Source: an uncultured Alphaproteobacteria bacterium (GTDB lineage Bacteria; Pseudomonadota; Alphaproteobacteria; GCA-002720895). Taken from it: DNA of 24,000 bases. Made by a program: the position numbers and the translations under genes. The stretch spans positions 22,342 through 46,341 of the forward strand of contig CAZWXP010000108.1 of assembly GCA_964637965.1 (NCBI GenBank). Reading direction: 5' to 3'. The notes beneath the pieces are model-generated. The model made no database searches. It saw nothing but the letters and a program-made list of their open reading frames with translations, and was not told where the DNA came from. This document shows positions 17,297 through 23,334 of this stretch, in pieces; position 1 is the stretch's first letter, and every line of letters begins with the position of its first letter.

Positions 17297-18139
17297 TTAT
17301 TTAATATTAAGATGTGCTCTTAATTTTTTTGCAACTTCTAACTCTTTTTTATTATAAATTAAATTTCCCTCTCCTAATGAACTCGATATGGCCAAAACTC
17401 CATCAACTAGCTTTTTAAAACCATGAGGCTCAATCGACGCTGCTTGATCTGAACCATACATAGCTCTATCTAGAGTAATATGTCTCTCTAAAGATGTTAT
17501 TCCCATTGCGCATGCTGCAAAGGAAACAGTTAAGCCGACTTCGTGCCCGCTATATCCTACATTGCATTTAAATATTTTTTTTAATCTTGTAATTCTATTC
17601 AAATTTGCATCTTCATCTGCCATTGGATAAGTTGAGATACAATGCATTAATTCAAATGGACATTTAAATTTCTTAAAAATTCTTACAGCATTGTCTATAT
17701 CTTTTTTTTTTGACATTCCAGTTGAAATAAATGTATATTTGTTTTCTTTAGCTACCGCTTCTAATAAAGGTTTATATATAATCATTGCTGAAGCAATTTT
17801 ATTATATTTAAATTTAAATTGTTTTAAAAATTTTTGACTTTCTAAATCCCAAGCTGAAGCAAACCAATCTATTTTTAATTTTTTACAATACTTATTTATT
17901 TCTTGATAATCTTTTTTATCAAATTCCAACCCTTCTTTTTGTTTTCGAAAAGTTGTTCCCCAAGGACTTTCTCTATTAGAATTTAATTCCTCTTTAGAAT
18001 AAACTAAATCTATGGTTCTTTTTTGAAATTTTACTGCATCGGCGCCAGCTTTTTTTGCACAATCTATTAACTTTTTAGCAATTTTTAAATCACCGTTATG
18101 ATTAATTCCTATTTCTGCTATAACTTTTATTTTTTTCAT
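17297..18139 (-). CDS. NeuB-family PEP-condensing synthase, TIM-barrel domain only (no SAF domain).
   Basis: 280 aa. Motifs IAEIGINHNGDLKIAKKLIDCAKKAGADAVKFQKR and GYSGHEVG. The ORF ends about 70 aa short of full-length NeuB/PseI, and the next gene starts at the adjacent nucleotide. Confidence 0.75.
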   Translation of the reverse strand: MKKIKVIAEIGINHNGDLKIAKKLIDCAKKAGADAVKFQKRTIDLVYSKEELNSNRESPWGTTFRKQKEGLEFDKKDYQEINKYCKKLKIDWFASAWDLESQKFLKQFKFKYNKIASAMIIYKPLLEAVAKENKYTFISTGMSKKKDIDNAVRIFKKFKCPFELMHCISTYPMADEDANLNRITRLKKIFKCNVGYSGHEVGLTVSFAACAMGITSLERHITLDRAMYGSDQAASIEPHGFKKLVDGVLAISSSLGEGNLIYNKKELEVAKKLRAHLNIK

Positions 18140-18144
18140 ATTAA

Positions 18145-19473
18145 TTAATGCGACAATATCCCTAATGATGGAGTGTTTTCTAAAATTAATAAAAAAACAT
18201 TATTTAATTCATCATATTCTATATCTCTAATTCTCTCACCAATATAAATTGGTTCCATGGAAATAATTTTTTCTAAATTATGATCAAAAATTACTCTATA
18301 TAATGTCTTTCCATTTAATGAAGAAACAAAAAAATTATTTTTTAATTTTTTTGAATATTTTTCGGGAATTTTTATTATTTCTGAAATACCGATTGAAGGA
18401 ACAAAGGCAAATATTGGTTCGACAAAACCAAAATCTTTATGATTTTTTAAAAAAGTAAAATCTTCTGACTGATCATAGCCGTATTTTTCTCCATAAGATG
18501 CCAATGGCCACCCGTAATTTTTATTTTTTTTTATTAAATTTATTTCATCACCTCCATATGGTCCATGTTCTGTAGATATAATAATATCTTGCTCAGTATA
18601 AAGCCCTTGTGGATTCCTATGGCCTAAAGAATAAATATCATAATTTTTATTTTTTAAATCAATACTAATAATTTTTCCAAATATTGATTTTTCATCTTGA
18701 GCTAATTCTCTTTTACGATAATCCCCAATTGTGAATAATAATTTAGTATTTCCATTATGATCTTTATGTATTTTCAATTTACCGCCAGATTGACTAGAAT
18801 TAAATGCTGGATTAATTTTTGAATCAACGCATTCATCATATGTAAAAAAATCAATAAATTTTAAATATTTAAAATCAAATTTTGCTGAAATAATTGATGT
18901 ATTATAACAATTCTTACTTACAGACTTATTATAAGATAAATAAACTTTATCCTGATAAAACAAAACACCTCTTATTCCAATATCTTTTGAGTGTTTTATA
19001 GTATTATCATAATTCCAAAATGCTTTATCATTTATTAAATTAGTTAAATTATTGTCAATTTCCTCAAAAATTATATCTTTTTTATTTAAACTTTCTTTAT
19101 TAAAAAAATACGTTTTACCAATACCTGATACTAAAAACATTTTTGTTTCATTAATATTTTCAAGATAAGCAACTGGTTTTTGCTGAGAAACTTCTGAATT
19201 GTATATATTTAAAGATATTTTTTCTAAACTAAACCCAATGTAATTAGCATCATTTGGTGTATTTATTAAATTATAAAAACCTTTTAAGTATTGATTCTCT
19301 TTTTTTAATTCAGGAATACTAAAAAATGTATTTTTTAAAATTCTTTTAATATTTTCAGGTATGATTTTTTTTATAGGTAAAAGAAATGAATTATTAGGAA
19401 CATAATAATGAATTGATCCTAAAATAATTATAAAAAATAAAATAGAAATAAATATTAAAAAAACTTTTTTCAT
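18145..19473 (-). CDS. Exported beta-propeller protein resembling PQQ-dependent glucose/sorbosone dehydrogenases (GSDH).
   Basis: 442 aa. N-terminal signal/anchor is KKVFLIFISILFFIIILGS. Family motifs GHRNPQGL, EHGPYGGDEIN and NYGWP are present. Confidence 0.65.
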   Translation of the reverse strand: MKKVFLIFISILFFIIILGSIHYYVPNNSFLLPIKKIIPENIKRILKNTFFSIPELKKENQYLKGFYNLINTPNDANYIGFSLEKISLNIYNSEVSQQKPVAYLENINETKMFLVSGIGKTYFFNKESLNKKDIIFEEIDNNLTNLINDKAFWNYDNTIKHSKDIGIRGVLFYQDKVYLSYNKSVSKNCYNTSIISAKFDFKYLKFIDFFTYDECVDSKINPAFNSSQSGGKLKIHKDHNGNTKLLFTIGDYRKRELAQDEKSIFGKIISIDLKNKNYDIYSLGHRNPQGLYTEQDIIISTEHGPYGGDEINLIKKNKNYGWPLASYGEKYGYDQSEDFTFLKNHKDFGFVEPIFAFVPSIGISEIIKIPEKYSKKLKNNFFVSSLNGKTLYRVIFDHNLEKIISMEPIYIGERIRDIEYDELNNVFLLILENTPSLGILSH

Positions 19474-19481
19474 TTAATTTT

Positions 19482-20954
19482 TTATTGAAAAGAATCCAAC
19501 TTTGTAAAATCAATTAATTCTTTATAAATAGAATTTGATAATAATTCATAACCATATTCATTAAAATGGTAATCCCAATAATGAATAATTTCATCAGGAT
19601 TTTCATAGTTTAAAAAATAAGGCATTATATCTAAATAATTTATTTCTAAATCTTTTAATAAATTTGGAAAATCTTTTCTAATTTGATTTATATAGGATTT
19701 ATTTGTATTTTTAAAATTTTTTGAATTAAAAGCATTTTTATCTAAACGCTGCCCATATTTAAAATAAGGCGTAGGAATATATGTAACAAAAAGATTTCCT
19801 TCCCAAGTATCAATTTCTTTTTTTATTTTTAAAAGAATTTCTTTTGTTAAATCATATCTTTCTTGATAAGTTAATTTAGAATTTTCTACAGTATTTTTTT
19901 TAAAACTTATATTGAACTTTTGTCTAATTGGTCTTAATAAAAATAAATCATAAAAAAAATTCCTTTGTTGATCCATAATTATTGTTTTAAAACTCTTTTT
20001 TAAAATTTTTTTTTCTAATAAATTCAATTCTCTTTTAAATTCTATTTCATGAGCTTTTTTTTGTTGATAATTTATTTCACTTTGTCTATTGATTAAATTT
20101 TGTTTAAAATTTTCATCATTTAAATATTTTTGAAAGATTCTATCTTTATTATTAAATTCAAAATCATTACCTTCAAAAATAACAATGATGACATTTTTAG
20201 GTTTTACATAACTCAAATATTCTTTTGTTATTGCTAAATATTCGATTAAACCTATCGCTCTTAATCCCAAATTAAGAATTTTTGAATTCAATTTACTTTC
20301 TAGTTTTCTAACAACATCATTTTTAGTTTCTAAACAATTAGTGTGAATAAATGAGTCCCCAACTATTGCAAAATTCAAGTTTTCATCCCATGTATCATTT
20401 TTATTATTAAAACCATATCTATCAGATACTATATTCAACCATTGGCCATTTTTTCTACATAAAACAATATTAGAATTAGATATTCCGCCAAGCCATCTAA
20501 TTCTATTAAGATTATCTAAATTATAAGGATGCATTGGAAATAAATATGAATAAGTATTACTATCAGTCTTTCTTTTATCAATTATATATTCAATTTTAGT
20601 TCTATCATCGAATTCGTGTTTATTTTGAAGTGTTTCCTTATAAAAAGAAATCTTTTCATCTTTAATTTTAATTTGTTGTTGGAAATTCCAAAAATTATTT
20701 AAAGAATAAATAATAAAAAAAAGATACGTTGAAACTATGGTTGAGAAAGTTATTAATAGCCAATTAATTTTTTTCTTTTTTAATGATATAAAAATAAAAA
20801 TTAAAAGAAATAAAGGAAAAAAATAAAAAAAAATTAAATTTAAATATGTAAAATTAAAAAAATTATAATTATAAATTACATAAAATAACTCAATAAATAA
20901 TATTAATAAGAAAAATTTAGATATAAAAAATAAAGTTTTTTTTGAGCGATTCAC
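19482..20954 (-). CDS. Membrane-anchored SGNH/GDSL-like hydrolase or acyltransferase-fold protein.
   Basis: 490 aa. Three N-terminal hydrophobic helices. Block I-like AIVGDSF, block III-like FEGNDF and block V-like WDYHFNEYGY are present. The start codon is GTG (20954-20952); the first ATG would remove all transmembrane segments. Confidence 0.5.
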   Translation of the reverse strand: MNRSKKTLFFISKFFLLILFIELFYVIYNYNFFNFTYLNLIFFYFFPLFLLIFIFISLKKKKINWLLITFSTIVSTYLFFIIYSLNNFWNFQQQIKIKDEKISFYKETLQNKHEFDDRTKIEYIIDKRKTDSNTYSYLFPMHPYNLDNLNRIRWLGGISNSNIVLCRKNGQWLNIVSDRYGFNNKNDTWDENLNFAIVGDSFIHTNCLETKNDVVRKLESKLNSKILNLGLRAIGLIEYLAITKEYLSYVKPKNVIIVIFEGNDFEFNNKDRIFQKYLNDENFKQNLINRQSEINYQQKKAHEIEFKRELNLLEKKILKKSFKTIIMDQQRNFFYDLFLLRPIRQKFNISFKKNTVENSKLTYQERYDLTKEILLKIKKEIDTWEGNLFVTYIPTPYFKYGQRLDKNAFNSKNFKNTNKSYINQIRKDFPNLLKDLEINYLDIMPYFLNYENPDEIIHYWDYHFNEYGYELLSNSIYKELIDFTKLDSFQ

Positions 20955-20957
20955 TTC

Positions 20958-22010
20958 TTAATTTTTCTTCTTTTTTACTGGGTACATTGAATTAACACAT
21001 TTTTTACATGTATCATTTTTATAATATTCACCTTTTTTATGCATATCTCTTAATTCATTCATTTCTTTACTATGCCAGGCATTATAAATAGAATTAAATC
21101 TTAGATCTCCGATCTTTAATTTTGAACTATATACTGCGCAACATGGTGTAATATCATTATTTCTAATAACAACTCTATGAAAAGGTTGAACACAATTAAA
21201 ACTATCCATTGGTTTATCTAAAAATTGATCATCAGGATAATATTTATCAAATTTCTTTTCAAATGATGGTGGCGCAAATCTTTGTATTGTAACTATGTCT
21301 ACAACATCTTTCCATTCATCAATAAATTTTTCTTTTTCATCAATGTTTTGCTTTATATTTACAAAACTAACACCTGTAATTGGAAGTTTATATCCACCTT
21401 TTTCTTTTAATTCTAAAAATCTATAAATATTTTTTTTAATTCGTTCTAAGGGAGGACTTCCAACTCTAACCTTTTTAAATGTTTCTGGATTTGATGCATC
21501 TAAACTAAACCTTAATCTTGTAAGACCAGAATCTAATATAGATTTTGCCCTTTTTTCAACTAAAGCTGATCCGTTGTTGTTTAACATAATATCTATAAAA
21601 CCTTTTGAATGCGCATACCTTATATATTCTTCTAAATTTTTCATTAAAAAAGGCTCGTTATTACCCTGCGGAGCAATTGAAGGGCAATTATATTCCGAGC
21701 CCTCATCTACAATTCTTTTGTAATCTTGAAAATTTATTTCATCATTATCTTTATAATATTTTTTAACTATTTGTTTATTTCCTATAATGCAGTGTGGGCA
21801 CGTAAAATTACATGTTTGATTTAGTTCGCAATGTAAAAAAAGAGGGAAATCTGTAACTAGCTCAAATTTATTTGCAGCATCCCATTTTTTTCTATAATCA
21901 ACAAATTTTTTTCCAATAATTTTACCTAATTTGATATTAATTTCTTCATCTTTAGACAAATGTACTACTTTTCCATCTGTTGTATAACTTTTTTGAAAAT
22001 TAATTGTCAT
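20958..22010 (-). CDS. Radical SAM/SPASM-domain enzyme.
   Basis: 350 aa. CX3CX2C motif is CNFTCPHC. The C-terminal Cys cluster is CVQPFH...ITPCCAVY...CKKCVN. It is the first gene after the regulatory gap. Confidence 0.8.
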   Translation of the reverse strand: MTINFQKSYTTDGKVVHLSKDEEINIKLGKIIGKKFVDYRKKWDAANKFELVTDFPLFLHCELNQTCNFTCPHCIIGNKQIVKKYYKDNDEINFQDYKRIVDEGSEYNCPSIAPQGNNEPFLMKNLEEYIRYAHSKGFIDIMLNNNGSALVEKRAKSILDSGLTRLRFSLDASNPETFKKVRVGSPPLERIKKNIYRFLELKEKGGYKLPITGVSFVNIKQNIDEKEKFIDEWKDVVDIVTIQRFAPPSFEKKFDKYYPDDQFLDKPMDSFNCVQPFHRVVIRNNDITPCCAVYSSKLKIGDLRFNSIYNAWHSKEMNELRDMHKKGEYYKNDTCKKCVNSMYPVKKKKN

Positions 22011-22021
22011 TATTTTAAAGT

Positions 22022-22033
22022 ATAGCTACCGCA
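22022..22033 (-). promoter_or_regulatory. ops-like element (candidate recruitment/pause site for the RfaH-like protein).
   Basis: The sense (minus) strand reads TGCGGTAGCTAT. The core GCGGTAGC (22032-22025) matches positions 2-9 of the E. coli ops consensus GGCGGTAGnnTG. It is a G/C-rich 8-mer in AT-rich noncoding DNA. It lies 14 nt upstream of the ATG at 22010 and about 45 nt downstream of the RfaH-like gene. Confidence 0.5.
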
Positions 22034-22059
22034 CAATAGTTAGTTTACATAACTATTGT
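22033..22059 (-). repeat. Perfect inverted repeat forming an RNA hairpin (10-bp stem, 7-nt loop).
   Basis: ACAATAGTTA (22033-22042) and TAACTATTGT (22050-22059) are exact reverse complements. On the sense strand a U9 tract lies upstream (separated from the stem by ATGGACA), and the ops-like motif follows directly. Confidence 0.7.
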
Positions 22060-22078
22060 TGTCCATAAAAAAAAACTG

Positions 22079-22579
22079 TTAATTAACTGCAATATAATTT
22101 TTAGGCAATTTTAAATTTAAGTTTTTACCCAAAATATTTAAAATTAAAATAATACTCTTATTATTTAAAGCTTGATGGAATATTCCATTTAAACCTTTAA
22201 ATGGTCCATGCAAAATTTTATAAATTTTACCTTCAATTAATTCTTTAAATCTAAATATAGAAATCACGCCTTTTTTATTTTCAAGTGATTTTAGTTTTTG
22301 AATATATTCTCCAGGTAATATTGACTTTGTGTTTGAAAATGAAAGTATCGAATTAACTCCCATAGTATTATTAATTTTAACTAACCTAGGGTTTGACAAG
22401 TCACTTTTTACAAAAATATAACCTTCAAATAAAGGTGATTTTATAGTTTTGATTTTATCAAATATTTTTTTTATTTTATAAGTTAGAGGTATGTAAACTT
22501 CAAATTTTTGTCTTACTAAATTTTCTTTTGCCCAAAATTCCTTAGATCTTTTAGTTTTTATAATTATCCAATTACTCAT
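22079..22579 (-). CDS. RfaH-like specialised NusG paralog (NGN plus KOW; operon-specific antiterminator).
   Basis: 166 aa. The N-terminus MSNWIIIKTKRSKEFWAKENLVRQKFEVYIPL aligns without gaps to my recollection of E. coli RfaH (W4, K10-R11, E19, L21, R23-Q24, P31). PLFEGYIFV corresponds to PLFPNYLFV. The KOW-like segment GKIYKILHGPFKGLNGIF...ILILNIL corresponds to GDKVIITEGAFEGFQAIF...LLLNLI. An ATGA overlap joins it to the upstream regulator gene. Confidence 0.8.
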   Translation of the reverse strand: MSNWIIIKTKRSKEFWAKENLVRQKFEVYIPLTYKIKKIFDKIKTIKSPLFEGYIFVKSDLSNPRLVKINNTMGVNSILSFSNTKSILPGEYIQKLKSLENKKGVISIFRFKELIEGKIYKILHGPFKGLNGIFHQALNNKSIILILNILGKNLNLKLPKNYIAVN

Positions 22580-23244
22580 TTTAACCTAACAATCTTTTTT
22601 ATATTTAAAATTTTTGGTACAACAATTTCCTTTTTTGGAAAAAACTTTTTTAATTTTAAAAATGTGTCATAGGAGCTTTTTATGTCGCAAAGTATAATTA
22701 TTTCAACTTTAATATTGTTTCTAGGAATCTTTGGAAATACTTTAATACCAAAAAAATTTTTTAAATTAGAATTTGGAATTACAATTCCTGAAAATTCTAA
22801 ATCAATTTCTTTAGCAGTTAAGACAAAAACTTCAGATAATTCACTTGCTGAATATAAAATAATTTTTTTATTTTTTTTTTTATATTTCATAAGAATCTTT
22901 AAACAATCTTCACGCATATTTCTATATAAGGAAAAAGAAGAAGACAAATATTCAGCAGTAAGTTTACTTTTCTCAATAAATCCTTTAGGAGTTAAATAAT
23001 ATATGTATCTTTTTTTTGGAACATTTTTTAATTTAATCCACCCTTTTTTTAAACATCTTTTTACATATGAATTTGCTAAACCAGCGGATATCCCGAGTTG
23101 TCTTGATATTTTTCTTTGTGAATAAAAAATACCATCGTTTATATCGGATAAAATACGTAAAATATTTTTTTTATCCGTTGAATTCTTGACATTTGTAAAA
23201 GTTTTCATTTTCCCCTTGTTCACAATGTGAACGTTTATGTTCAT
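22576..23244 (-). CDS. Winged-helix transcriptional regulator (MarR-type, EPS-associated family) with a C-terminal Rossmann-like extension. The true start may be 23208.
   Basis: The segment SQRKISRQLGISAGLANSYVKRCLKKGWIKLKNVPKKRYIYYLTPKGFIEKSKLTAEYL matches the EPS-associated MarR-like wHTH pattern. An internal Met at 23208 is preceded by AAGGGGA (23217-23211), the best SD-like sequence I found in the window. Confidence 0.7.
   Translation of the reverse strand: MNINVHIVNKGKMKTFTNVKNSTDKKNILRILSDINDGIFYSQRKISRQLGISAGLANSYVKRCLKKGWIKLKNVPKKRYIYYLTPKGFIEKSKLTAEYLSSSFSLYRNMREDCLKILMKYKKKNKKIILYSASELSEVFVLTAKEIDLEFSGIVIPNSNLKNFFGIKVFPKIPRNNIKVEIIILCDIKSSYDTFLKLKKFFPKKEIVVPKILNIKKIVRLK
23218..23232. 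promoter_or_regulatory. Perfect 15-bp palindrome; candidate operator.
   Basis: GTTCACA-A-TGTGAAC. It lies between a candidate -10 box (23250-23245) and the SD-like sequence and ATG at 23208. It falls inside the first 12 codons of the long ORF model. Confidence 0.4.
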
Positions 23245-23272
23245 AATATATACATAACTACAAAATATGCAA
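23245..23272 (-). promoter_or_regulatory. Candidate sigma70-like operon promoter (weak call).
   Basis: The minus strand has TTGCAT (23272-23267), a 16-nt spacer and TATATT (23250-23245). AT-rich DNA produces many such hexamers, so this is only a geometric hypothesis. Confidence 0.2.
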
Positions 23273-23334
23273 TATAAAAAAATTAAAGAATTAATATTAA
23301 TTTTTTAAAAAAATTTCTATACTGTGGGAATTTA

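Noticed and set aside
10585-20954. A canonical Dlt-type D-alanylation system (adenylating enzyme, small carrier protein and membrane SGNH-like protein).
   Set aside because: There is no MBOAT/DltB-like polytopic membrane protein in the window. The components are not adjacent. The context points to sugar N-acylation in the cytoplasm instead.
1-22010. A RiPP-type peptide-maturation cluster, suggested by two radical SAM/SPASM enzymes plus an ABC exporter.
   Set aside because: There is no room for, or sign of, a precursor-peptide ORF. I saw no peptidase or leader-recognition domain. Every neighbouring gene is sugar-nucleotide chemistry.
22019-22024. A TATACT hexamer 8 nt upstream of the ATG at 22010, and an identical CTATACT 11 nt upstream of the plus-strand ATG at 23335 (23317-23323), considered as -10 boxes.
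   Set aside because: The geometry would leave leaders of only a few nucleotides. In the second case the transcription start would fall inside the GGGAA SD-like sequence. AT-rich DNA yields -10-like hexamers readily. The coincidence is noted but not called.
22040-22066. An 8-codon mini-ORF (MDNNSYVN) spanning the 5' arm and loop of the intergenic hairpin, considered as a leader peptide.
   Set aside because: It has no SD and is preceded only by poly-U. The peptide composition gives no regulatory clue. Short ATG-to-stop stretches arise easily by chance in AT-rich sequence.
22067-22078. The U9 tract right after the RfaH-like stop codon, considered as an intrinsic terminator.
   Set aside because: No stable G/C-containing stem precedes it; there is only the loopless palindrome GTTAATTAAC. 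The strong hairpin lies downstream of the U tract, which is the wrong order for a terminator.
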